DNA from: Emiliania huxleyi CCMP1516
Lineage: Eukaryota
Assembly (NCBI RefSeq): GCF_000372725.1
Contig: NW_005201391.1
Location: 50,736-114,735 of the forward strand
Direction of reading: 5' to 3'
Length of the DNA: 64,000 nucleotides
Shown: positions 49,577 through 60,502 of the stretch, piece by piece
Layout of the letters: each line of letters begins with the position of its first letter
How positions within the stretch are numbered: position 1 is the stretch's first letter
Translations under genes and position numbers: made by a program
Notes under the pieces: model-generated
What the model was told of the DNA's origin: nothing
The model's input: the letters and a program-made list of their open reading frames with translations, nothing else
Database searches by the model: none

Positions 49577-50755
49577 TGGGGCTGCTCGCAACCTAGCTAG
49601 ACTTTGCTCGGATTTGCGCGCGCGCGCGCGCGCGCGCGCGCGCGCGCCGCGCGCGCTGCTTGGTATAGTAGTCGCTCGTGGTCGTAGAGAATATGTAGGA
49701 TTGCAAGCGTGGTTGCTCACAATTGCACAGAGATGCTACGATTGATAGGAGTACTGCTCACAATCCTTCTCGACTTTGTGCGAGATGAACCGCGGGCGGA
49801 ATTTCGCTCTCACCTGGCCACCCTGGCACATCTCGCGCGCGCGCGTGAACATGGCGGAGATCTGCCCTGATCAAACGCCCGTGGGACACACACTGACACA
49901 TCCGCGCACCGCGCCCTCCGCTTCAGCGAGAGGCAGCTGCGACCCCGCCGAGTGGACGGGCGCACACCGCGCCACCTGCTGTGTACGCCCATCTACTCGC
50001 GGCGGGGTCGCAGCTGCCTCTGGAAGGCACCGAGAGGTACAATAGTGCGCAAATGGTCAAAATCACTTGCACAACAGGTGATGCGCGGCGCTGTCTCTCA
50101 AGATGGAAGCAGGAAGCTTCCATCCCGGCGGTGGTTCGAATCCACATAAGCCGAAGGGTGAGGGGGGAGGCTGGCCTGAGGTCTGAAGCTCACCCATTGT
50201 GGAAGTGAGAACTGCTCGACCCACCCCGGATCCTGCTGAACAAGCTCCTCTTGTAGCTCGATCGGTCACACCGCCATCGCCGCCGACGTCTCCCAGGGAG
50301 ATGATGGAGAGGGGGGACGACACTGCTCGATCTACCCTCTCTCTGGGGTCCCTCAGCTCAGCGTGCACCTCGATCCTGTACCGTGTTTGCGGTTAGTTAG
50401 GACCCCCCCCAAGGAACACACCAGTGAGGGAGGGCGAGACGATCGAGGGGTCCCGTACCATGCGGAATCGACCCTATCCAGTGCTCAAGTGCTCAAGGTT
50501 TTGTAACGCGAGCCGCTGTGTGCCATCGCACACAGCTGAGTGAAATGGGGAACTACCAACAAAAAAGCGTTACGAACTAGCCCTTCCGTCTTGAGGAGAT
50601 GAGGTCTCTTGCGTATCTTGGCCACTCGCACAGAGTGAGAGAGAGAGGCTGCCGCGACAGTGTATGTGCAGCTCCCTTGTGTTTATCACGAGACAGTCTT
50701 AGACGGCCACGCGCCTCCACGACGCGCCCGCGTCTTCCACAATACCTCGGGGAGT

Positions 50756-53175
50756 CTACACCAGATCCCTTGCCCGCCGCGACCCCGCCCAGTCTTCGCA
50801 CGCCTTTCCCTCGCAGCGCTCGCCCTCGAGGTTGCGGCGGCTGCGCCACCGTTTGCAGAGCTCCGTGTCGCGGAAGCGGCCGGTCTCGCGCCGGCTCGCG
50901 CCGACGGCCGCCGCGGCGGTGGGCTGAGGCTCGCACACCGCCCGGAGCGCCGCGTGCGGCAAGAGCAGGGCGGTGCCGTGCTTGTAGCCGGCGGGGGCCT
51001 CGACGCTGCCGCTGATGTCGCGCCAGCGCGAGGCGCCGTCCCCCTCGAGCGCGCCGAAGCCCTTGTGGGAGGGCTTGAAGGCGCAGCCGCGCCGCTCGCC
51101 CTCGGGCAGCACCTGCGATCACCCGAGATCGCGCGAGCTCAGCCCGAGATCGCCCGAGACGGCCGCGCCGCTCGCCCTCGGCTCGACTTCGAGTATACCT
51201 CGGCGACATCTCGGCGACATCTCGAAGAAAACTCTCGGTGATATCCTTGGCTACATCTCGAGTGATTCTCGGGTATATCTCGGGCACATCTCGGGTGCAT
51301 CTCGGCGATGTCTCGGCGCCCGCGTCAGCCCGACGTCGGAGGGCGCCTCACCGGCGACGCGGTCGCACGGCGCGGGCGAGTGGAGGCGGCAGTCGTCGCG
51401 GTACACGTCGAAGAGGAGGAGGAGCCGCCTAATCAACGAACGGTTCGACCAGTCAATGAACAAGTCAGCCTATTGACCACACTCCGAGGGGGAGGAGAAG
51501 TCGCCCGTCTGGCCTCACCACCTGCTCACGGCCAGAGGCGTGAAGAGACGCCCCTTCACACCTCGATCCGCCCCGTCCGGCTTTGCCACCGCCGCAGGCC
51601 CCTCGCAACAAGGCCGCGAGATCGCGTCGAGAAAGAAAGGCCCCGAGGCGGTGGCCGCGGCCCACGGGCCCGTCACGCGGCGCGCGGTGGCGTGCCGGAT
51701 CGCAAGGGTGCAGTTCTGGCCGCGGAGCAGCGCGCCTGCAGCGTGCCGTGGAGGTGCCGTGGACGTGCCGTGGACGTGGCGTGGGCGTGGACGCGCCGAG
51801 CTTGTAGTCACGCCTCTATATCTCCCCATATCTCCCCATATCTCAGGCGCGCCGAGCTCGTAGTCACGCCTCTCGCACCGGTTGTCCTCCAGCTTGTAGA
51901 AGAGCGCGTGCGGCGCGCCTGTGCACAGAGAGGCTGTCAAGAGACGCTGTTCACAGCCCTTTCAAGAGCGCGTGCGGAGTGGAGTGTGCCCGCCGCGCCG
52001 AGCAGCAGGAACAGGTCGATGACCGAACGACCAGCGTCCTCGGGCGGCAGCTCGAGCGGCAGGGGCGGCGACCACGCCTGTGGACAGCTAGAGGCGTGAG
52101 CAGCGCCTCCTCACAGCGTCCTTAGAGCGGAGCTCGGGCGGCAGGGGCGGCGACCGCGCCTCGAAGTCGCGCGTCATCATGTAGTACGGCTCGTGCGTCG
52201 ACGCGGCCATGGTGGGCGGACACTCGCCTGCTCGCAGCTAGAGGCGTGAACAGCGCCTCGTGCGTCGACGCGGCCATGGTGGGCGGGGCACTCGCCCGCG
52301 TGTCGCGTCGCCGAGAAGAGAAGGACGAAGCCGCCGCCCTCCGCCTATCCGCTGCAACCGTCTCATCCCCCTCGTGGCCCGACGGGGCGCCGCAGGGGGC
52401 CGCTCCCCTGGCGCCTCGGGCAGAGCCGCAAGCTCTGGCGCCCACAGCGAGCACGCGTCCGGCAACGGCACCTGTTCACGGCCAGAGCTGTGAAGAGACG
52501 CCGTTCACAGCGAGCACGCGTCCGGCAACGGCACCTCGACCAGCCTCACGCCCGTCCAGGAGAGCAAGTCGCGAGACCGCGCGTAGCCGAAGCGCGGGCT
52601 GCGCCGCCGCCCGCCGCCCTCCGCCGCGTCCGGGTCGGAGGGGTGGCACCGCCACTTGCCGGCCACCTAAACAGACAACGGAGAGCTCTCAACCCTTCGC
52701 GCGGAGGGATGTGCGTCTAATGTTCGTTTCTTTCCTGGTGCACGCACAGCTCGGCCGTGAAGACGAGGTGGAAGAGGCCGCGGTCCCAGACCATCGACGG
52801 GTCTCGAAACACGCTGGCGCCCTCCACCTCGGTCCACGCCAGCACCGGCTTGCCGCTCGGAGGCAACGCCTCCCACCGCAGTGCGTCCTGCGAGTGCAGC
52901 AGCCGGAGGCCGTCACCCATCGCCTTGCCTTGCTTGAACGAGGCCATCACGTATCCACCGGCCTCGCCGTCGTCCGCCTCACGGCTGTCGGAATCCTCCC
53001 CAGCATCTCCAGCCGTCTCGGGCGCCACCTGCCACTGCACCGGCTCGGCAGCCACACGCTCGGCTGCCATCGCTGCCACTGGTGTCCCTGGTGGCGAAGC
53101 TGTGCCCTCGTAGAGCGCGAGCGCGATGATGGACAGCGCGGCGGCGACGACTATCAGGCACAGCAGCAGGATCAT
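50756..53175 (-). CDS. GH43-like five-bladed beta-propeller glycoside hydrolase with N-terminal anchor, multi-exon
   Basis: GLRLLHSQDALRW, FRDPSM..FHLVFT, GYARSRDLLSW, LWAPEL, FYK, EGP, LLFDVY and KHGT. Confidence 0.75.
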
Positions 53176-53349
53176 GCTCGAGCGAGGCCGCCGTCGGCGC
53201 CTGGACCTGCCGTCTGACACGACACGCATTCCAACGTCCGACGTCAGACGGCCGCTTAGGGATCCTCCCTAGTCTGCTTTTTGTGTGCACTCAATCTTCT
53301 CTCTTCTGCCCTCAGATCTAGGCATCCCTGAGGGTGGCCTGGACCGTCA

Positions 53350-54305
53350 GCCAAATATCCTAAGCCAAATATCCTGAGATTATGTCCTGAGACCAATCCT
53401 GAGAGAGTATCCTGAGAAAATTTCCTAAGCCAAATATCCTGAGACAATTTCCTGAGCCAAATATCCTGAGACCATATCTTAAGCCAAATATCCTGAGACC
53501 ATATCCTAAGTATCCTGAGGGAGTATCCTAAGCCAAATATCCTGAGACAATTTCCTAAGCCAAATATCCTGAGACAATTTCCTAAGACAAATATCCTGAG
53601 ACAATTTCCTGAGCCAAATATCCTGAGACCATATCCTAAGAATATCCTAAGCCAAATATCCTGAGACAATTTCCTAAGCCAAATATCCTGAGACAATTTC
53701 CTAAGCCAAATATCCTGAGACCATATTCTAAGCCAAATATCCTAAGCCAAATATCCTGAGATAATTTCCTAAGCCAAATATCCTAAGCCAAATATCCTGA
53801 GGGAATATCCTAAGCCAAATATCCTGAGACAATTTCCTAAGCCAAATATCCTGAGGGAATATCCTAAGCCAAATATCCTGAGACAATTTCCTAAGCCAAA
53901 TATCCTGAGACAATATCCTAAGTCAAATATCCTGAGACCATATCCTAAGCAAATATGCTGAGACCATATTCTAAGCCAAAGCCAAATATCCTGAGATAAT
54001 TTCCTAAGCCAAATATCCTAAGCCAAATATCCTGAGGGAATTTCCTAAGCCAAATATCCTGAGACAATTTCCTAAGGCAAATATCCTGAGACAGACCATA
54101 TCCTGAGACAATATCCTGAGCCAAATATCTAAGACAATATTCTGAGACAAATATCCTTAGCGATTGATCTTGGAGAGTCGCCTTAGAAAATATCCTAGAA
54201 ATATCCTTAGAAAATATCCTTAGAAATATCCTTAGAAATTCTCCTTAGAATTCTCCTTAGAAAATATCCTTAGAGATTACCCTGAGGAATACCCCTTAGG
54301 GAATA
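53350..54305. repeat. AT-rich satellite built from CTAAGCCAAATATC / CTGAGACAATTTC subunits
   Basis: About 950 bp of shuffled short subunits, sharply lower in GC than the flanks. Confidence 0.95.
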
Positions 54306-54672
54306 TTTTGTTCACAGCATGTAGATGTGAATGCGTTCCCATTACCATTTGCGGCAAGTCTCAAGCGATGGTGCCAGAATCTGACCTCATCTTCACGCCA
54401 GTGATGCGGTTGATCACGCGAGTCGATCGAAACGTCTTCGCCGCTCTTTCACCGACGCCCACAGCGCCAGCCAGTGTCACGACGTGCCGCTGCAAGAACG
54501 ACACTGTGCTCTGAGGATTCGCCGCACATCGAAGGAATCAGAAGCGCGCCTTCGTGGATTTTTTGGCGCGATTTTTTGGCGATTATGCCTTGCTTTTTGG
54601 TGTCTGCACTTGGTGCCTTTCTGAGGTCGGGAGATGCCGTGTCTCGGATAAACCTGATCGACCAGCTCCTCA

Positions 54673-56544
54673 GTGGCTTTTCGAGAGACCCAAAAACACG
54701 CTTCGGCGGGGCGGAAAGTCGGAGGCGCCGCCGCCGGCGGCTCGTTCCTTGGTTTTGCTCGCTTGGAAGCGCGCGATCGGCCTCTGGAAGCCTTTCAGAT
54801 GGTGCCCAACGAGGTCTTTCAGATGGTGCCCAACGAGGTCGTGGCCGCGACTAAGCGTGACGATGAGGCGGCGGTGGAGGCATGGCTTGACGGCGGCGGG
54901 CGGGCCACCGCGGGCTGTGCGAGTGGCGCTACGCTGCTAGGAGTCGCCGCCGGGAACGGGTGCGAGCGGGTGGTTGGCCTCCTGCTGCAGCGCGGCGCGG
55001 ATGTGAACCTGCAGGACGCCCTCGGCGCCACCCCGCTGATGATTGCCGCCAGTCAGGGCCGCCACGCAGTCGTGCTCCGTCTTCTGCGGGCGGGCGCAGA
55101 CATGAGGGTGCGCTCTTCGTATGGCAGGACGGCGCTGCAGATGGCCAAGGCGAATGGTCACGCCAAGTGCGTCGAGGCCGTCAGGACATACCTCGGGGAG
55201 GTGGCGGGTCGGAGCAAGGCGCCACCAGCAGTCGGCGAGCGGGCGGGCGCAACCTCTGCCTCGAGCGGCGAGGGCGGCGCGGAGGCCGAGCCGAACAGCG
55301 GCGGGGCGGTGCCTGAGGAGGTCGTGCTAGTGGCAGAGCGAGGCGAAGAGGCGGCGGTGCTGGAGTGGCTCGACGGCGGCGGGCGGGTCGACGCGACGTT
55401 CGAGTACACCTTTGAAGACGGCTCTCGTGTGAGCGGCATGACGCTGCTGGTGCTCGCAATGGCCAAGGGCCACCTTGGGCTGGCCGAGGCGCTTCTGCGG
55501 CACGGTGCGGATATCTCGTCGCAGGCCAGCAACGGTGGCACCGCGCTGATCTACGCCGACGTGGAGATCGATCATCGAAACCAGTTTGACAGCACAGCGC
55601 TGACGGACGCCGCCTTCAGAGGCCACGAGCGGGTGGTCGACCTTCTGATTCGGCACGGTGCGGAGATAAACCTGCAGACGAGCAAGGGCGACACCGCGCT
55701 GATAATCGCCGCCGTCAGGGGATACCCCGCCGTCGTGCTCCGCTTGCTGCGGGCGGGCGCCGACACGAAGCTGCGCACGGCGGCTGGCTCCACGGCGATG
55801 CAGCTTGCCAAGAAGGCGGGCAACGCCGAGTGCGTGTGCGCCCTCGAGGAGCATGCGGCGGCCGAGGCGGCGGCGAAGGAGGCGGCGCGGGCTGCGGAGG
55901 CGGCGGAGAGGGCGGCGGCGGAGGAGGAGGACCGGCACGCCAAGGAGCTGCTGGCGGAGGTCGAGGCGGAGAAGCGCGCCAAGGACAAGAAGAAGAAGAA
56001 GAAGAAGAAGAAGGGCGGCGGGGCGGGCATGGCTGGGCCGTCGCAAGAGCACGAGCCGCCGTCGCAGGAGCCCGAGGCGCCAACGGAGGGCACCGAGGCG
56101 CCGGCAGCCGCAGCCGAGGCGGCGAAGAAGGCCGAGGAGGCGAGGCTTCTCCAGCTTCTCGCGACGCTCACCGAGGAGAGGATCCGATTCGGCATCACGG
56201 CGGAGAGCCAGGCGGCGGCGTCGGCAGAGGTGGCTAAGGCTGTGCGCTTGGACGCTGAGGCGGACGAGGCGGAGGAGGAGGCAGATGCAGACGAGGAGGA
56301 AGAGGCGGCTGCCGAGGCGGCGCTGGCGGAAGTCGAGGTTGCGCGGGCGGAGGCCCGGGCGGCGCGTGCAGAGGCCAAGGCGGCGCTGGACAAGGCGCAG
56401 GCGGCGCTGGAGGGGATTGAGACAGCGCTCGAGGAGGCGGCGGCGGCTGCCGACGCGAGGCGTGCCGCTGCGGCCGCTTCGAGGGCAAGGGCGGCTGCCG
56501 CGAGGAGGGCAGCGGATGCGGCACAGCCGCATAGAGATGCATAG
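54673..56544 (+). CDS. Ankyrin-repeat protein with poly-Lys and Ala/Glu coiled-coil tail
   Basis: Several ankyrin repeats (TPLMIAA, TALTDAA, TALIIAA). The true start is probably at ATG ~54799 or in an upstream exon. Confidence 0.85.
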   Translation: MAFRETQKHASAGRKVGGAAAGGSFLGFARLEARDRPLEAFQMVPNEVFQMVPNEVVAATKRDDEAAVEAWLDGGGRATAGCASGATLLGVAAGNGCERVVGLLLQRGADVNLQDALGATPLMIAASQGRHAVVLRLLRAGADMRVRSSYGRTALQMAKANGHAKCVEAVRTYLGEVAGRSKAPPAVGERAGATSASSGEGGAEAEPNSGGAVPEEVVLVAERGEEAAVLEWLDGGGRVDATFEYTFEDGSRVSGMTLLVLAMAKGHLGLAEALLRHGADISSQASNGGTALIYADVEIDHRNQFDSTALTDAAFRGHERVVDLLIRHGAEINLQTSKGDTALIIAAVRGYPAVVLRLLRAGADTKLRTAAGSTAMQLAKKAGNAECVCALEEHAAAEAAAKEAARAAEAAERAAAEEEDRHAKELLAEVEAEKRAKDKKKKKKKKKGGGAGMAGPSQEHEPPSQEPEAPTEGTEAPAAAAEAAKKAEEARLLQLLATLTEERIRFGITAESQAAASAEVAKAVRLDAEADEAEEEADADEEEEAAAEAALAEVEVARAEARAARAEAKAALDKAQAALEGIETALEEAAAAADARRAAAAASRARAAAARRAADAAQPHRDA

Positions 56545-56899
56545 CGAGCGGTGACGACATCGCCGACATCGCCGATACGTACTGCTGCAGCGATAACGAC
56601 GTGAGGAGCTCGCTTTCGTTCCGCGTCTCGTGGCGTTGGCGAGGATGATAAGCCCGCCACCTCCCATGTGTGCATCTCTATCTCGGAATCTCTCTGCCTG
56701 CGGGCGGACGTACCAGTAACCAGAGATTGTTCGCTGCGCGGTTGTACTCATTGCCGTACGAGGTACGTCTGTTTTTATAGCAGGGGGAGGGCTCTCAGGG
56801 CTTGGAGGTCTTTTCAGTTGCAACGATGATGATAGGCAAGGCGTTCAGGGTAGTGAAGAAATAACACAAGAAAAGGACATGGTTCGACCTCGCGCGCCG

Positions 56900-57150
56900 A
56901 GGCGCCGTCTGTGCGCAGCTCGACGCGGTCAGGTGCAAAGGGAAGCGTGGCGGCGCGGGGAAACGCGGCGGCGGTGGTGGCGGCGGCGGCGGCAGCGGCA
57001 CGCGCGGGCGGACGGATTCGGACGGGGCGGAACAGCGACCGCCTGGGCGGCCGCTGCTCTGTCTGCCAGAGCGCGGCGACCGCCTGGGCGGCCGCTGCTC
57101 TGTCTGCCAGAGCGCGCCGTCTGTGCGCAGCTCGACGCGGTCAGGTGCAT
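56900..57150. repeat. Second locus of the GC-rich complex repeat at 5997-6395
   Basis: Shared units. Confidence 0.85.
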
Positions 57151-57828
57151 TCCACGTGTTGTCCACTTGGATGCGAGTATTTTCTTTTCGAGCACGCCTT
57201 TGGTTGGCCGCTTTGTGTATCTCGAGACCTCGAGAGAAGGCCGCCCGCAGGCGGCCGGGCGCAGGTTCGACAAAAAGGGCCCCTCCGCGAGGGCCTATGC
57301 GCGCTCGCGCTCAGTGCTCCAGCTTTGCAGGAAGGGGCGCCGCAATCGGCGCGGCCCGTCCCCGGGCTGTGTGGGCATCTGCCGGCGTCGGTCACCGGCC
57401 GAGAGGCGCCGCGGGTGAGGCGGCGCGGCTGCATTTCGAACGCGCCACACTGACCCCGTCGAGAGGCGGCGGCCAGCACCGCTCTTCGGCCGCCACAACC
57501 AAGCTGGTCGGCATCTTAGTTGAGGCATGCATCAAGCTGCATGTGGGTGCATCGGCTGCGGACCACTCAACAGGTCGATCAGGCCGCTGCTGGATCTCAC
57601 AGACGGCGTGCTGCTGGGGGCGGGTCGAGACGGCTGGAAAAGAGCCGAGTGAAGTGGCGAGCCAGAGGCTGCCTGGGTCGTCAAGTGGGTCCATGGCCAT
57701 GTCCTTCTGGATTGCGGCGCGGCGCGATTTTTTGGCGATTATGCCTTGCTTTTTGGTGTCTGCACTTGGTGCCTTTCTGAGGTCGGGAGATGCCGTGTCT
57801 CGGATAAACCTGATCGACCAGCTCCTCA

Positions 57829-59091
57829 GTGGCTTTTCGAGAGACCCAAAAACACGCTTCGGCGGGGCGGAAAGTCGGAGGCGCCGCCGCCGGCGGCTCG
57901 TTCCTTGGTTTTGCTCGCTTGGAAGCGCGCGATCGGCCTCTGGAAGCCTTTCAGATGGTGCCCAACGAGGTCTTTCAGATGGTGCCCAACGAGGTCGTGG
58001 CCGCGACTAAGCGTGACGATGAGGCGGCGGTGGAGGCATGGCTTGACGGCGGCGGGCGGGCCACCGCGGGCTGTGCGAGTGGCGCTACGCTGCTAGGAGT
58101 CGCCGCCGGGAACGGGTGCGAGCGGGTGGTTGGCCTCCTGCTGCAGCGCGGCGCGGATGTGAACCTGCAGGACGCCCTCGGCGCCACCCCGCTGATGATT
58201 GCCGCCAGTCAGGGCCGCCACGCAGTCGTGCTCCGTCTTCTGCGGGCGGGCGCAGACATGAGGGTGCGCTCTTCGTATGGCAGGACGGCGCTGCAGATGG
58301 CCAAGGCGAATGGTCACGCCAAGTGCGTCGAGGCCGTCAGGACATACCTCGGGGAGGTGGCGGGTCGGAGCAAGGCGCCACCAGCAGTCGGCGAGCGGGC
58401 GGGCGCAACCTCTGCCTCGAGCGGCGAGGGCGGCGCGGAGGCCGAGCCGAACAGCGGCGGGGCGGTGCCTGAGGAGGCGCGGCACGCCAAGGAGCTGCTG
58501 GCGGAGGTCGAGGCGGAGAAGCGCGCCAAGGCCAAGAAGAAGAAGAAGAAGAAGGGCGGGGGGGCGGGCATGGCTGGGCCGTCGCAAGAGCACGAGCCGC
58601 CGTCGCAGGAGCCCGAGGCGCCAACGGAGGGCACCGAGGCGCCGCCGGAGGCAGCCGCAGCTGAGGCGGCGAAGAAGGCCGAGGAGGCGAGGCTTCTCCA
58701 GCTTCTCGCGACGCTCACCGAGGAGAGGATCCGATTCGGCATCACGGCGGAGAGCCAGGCGGCGGCGTCGGCAGAGGTGGCTAAGGCTGTGCGCTTGGAC
58801 GCTGAGGCGGACGAGGCGGAGGAGGAGGCAGATGCAGACGAGGAGGAAGAGGCGGCTGCCGAGGCGGCGCTGGCGGAAGTCGAGGTTGCGCGGGCGGAGG
58901 CCCGGGCGGCGCGTGCAGAGGCCAAGGCGGCGCTGGACAAGGCGCAGGCGGCGCTGGAGGGGATTGAGACAGCGCTCGAGGAGGCGGCGGCGGCTGCCGA
59001 CGCGAGGCGTGCCGCTGCGGCCGCTTCGAGGGCAAGGGCGGCTGCCGCGAGGAGGGCAGCGGATGCGGCACAGCCGCATAGAGATGCATAG
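57829..59091 (+). CDS. Tandem duplicate of the ankyrin gene with an in-frame internal deletion
   Basis: 57721-59331 copies 54565-56776 but lacks ~55321-55931. Confidence 0.85.
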   Translation: MAFRETQKHASAGRKVGGAAAGGSFLGFARLEARDRPLEAFQMVPNEVFQMVPNEVVAATKRDDEAAVEAWLDGGGRATAGCASGATLLGVAAGNGCERVVGLLLQRGADVNLQDALGATPLMIAASQGRHAVVLRLLRAGADMRVRSSYGRTALQMAKANGHAKCVEAVRTYLGEVAGRSKAPPAVGERAGATSASSGEGGAEAEPNSGGAVPEEARHAKELLAEVEAEKRAKAKKKKKKKGGGAGMAGPSQEHEPPSQEPEAPTEGTEAPPEAAAAEAAKKAEEARLLQLLATLTEERIRFGITAESQAAASAEVAKAVRLDAEADEAEEEADADEEEEAAAEAALAEVEVARAEARAARAEAKAALDKAQAALEGIETALEEAAAAADARRAAAAASRARAAAARRAADAAQPHRDA

Positions 59092-60502
59092 CGAGCGGTG
59101 ACGACATCGCCGACATCGCCGATACGTACTGCTGCAGCGATAACGACGTGAGGAGCTCGCTTTCGTTCCGCGTCTCGTGGCGTTGGCGAGGATGATAAGC
59201 CCGCCACCTCCCATGTGTGCATCTCTATCTCGGAATCTCTCTGCCTGCGGCGTGCGGGGCGGACGTACCAGTAACCAGAGATTGTTCGCTGCGCGGTTGT
59301 ACTCATTGCCGTACGAGGTACGTCTGTTTTATTTTTAAGAGGTGTGTCTCATGCCGTACGCAGTGCGACGCAAATTTGCGTTTTTTTCTCCAACCTGCTC
59401 TGGGGGGAGGCGAGGGCCCTAGAGGGTATCCATGCGGCCGATTTGGGGGATTTTTTTTGCGCGATTTTTCACTTTCACACTTGTTTTCAATTTCATGGGA
59501 ATTCGGCGTACTTGCGGCCATCGTGCTATCACGCCTTGCGACGACAGCCTGTCGGCGCTGCTGACCGTGCCATATGCTGCACAATTGATCACCCGCATAG
59601 CTCGCGGCCTTAGTCTTCAGCATTCAGTGACGACCTGATCGTACGGCCAGTAGCCGAAGGTGTCCTTCCAGCGCGTGCACGCTTCTGACACAATGCGCGT
59701 CACAAACTGCCTCGGGTTGGCTGCTGGCACTCTCGAGGCTATGCCTACACAGCCTCGCGCGCATGGGCAGTCAAGAGGGACCACGCACCTTCTCCGGACA
59801 GCGCCGGTGCCTCTCTCTTGGACCGGCAAACGTGTGGTGGTCTCGTGTCACCAATGTGGGACCAGTGCGGCATCGCGCCATCGACAGCTCTGAACTGCGC
59901 CTCACCACTGACTGGGAAGGCCGCCAAGTGGGTCAGCACCGGTCGCACATTGTGGCAGCAGTCAGCAGTGCATGTCTGATAGCTGTTATGACCCCCCCCA
60001 ATGAACACGCCAGAGAGGGAGGGCGAGACGATCGAGGGGTCCCGTACCACGCGGAATCGACCCTATCCAGTGCTCAAGTGCTCAAGAGCAGCAGCATCAG
60101 GGTCGCAGGCAGGGTCGGATCGTGTCAAGCCTCTCGCCCGGCCGGCCGCGTGCAGACGTCGGCCTGTCTGCTGTCTGGAGTGATCTGTCGGCGGTCAGTA
60201 CGACCGATCAGGTTGGAGTTTTTTGATAGTTGGAGGGTCTATCTGTATGTACTCCTCGAGATCTCTCCAAATCTGCCCTCTGTTAGACCAGGATCCAGGT
60301 TAGATCGGGAAGTCGGTGCTAGTAGAGACTAGTAGAGCCGGAGCCCCGTTTCCGCACTGCTGCGCGGCGCACGGTGCCTCCGCCCGCCCCCCCCCCCCCC
60401 CGAGCTCCAATGTCGCCCGATCGGTGGTTCACTCTGGCATCGCACTCCAGCCGTGAACGCGGCCGGTGTGTCGGAGAGAGGGCCTGGAATGATGCGCCTG
60501 GC

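Noticed and set aside
49461..50497. TRIM/LTR element bounded by two ~95-bp direct repeats
   Set aside because: The first copy has its own TSD and both end in a tandem tail, so independent retroposon 3' ends fit better.
53350..54305. CRISPR-like array
   Set aside because: No unique spacers and no cas genes; it is a satellite.
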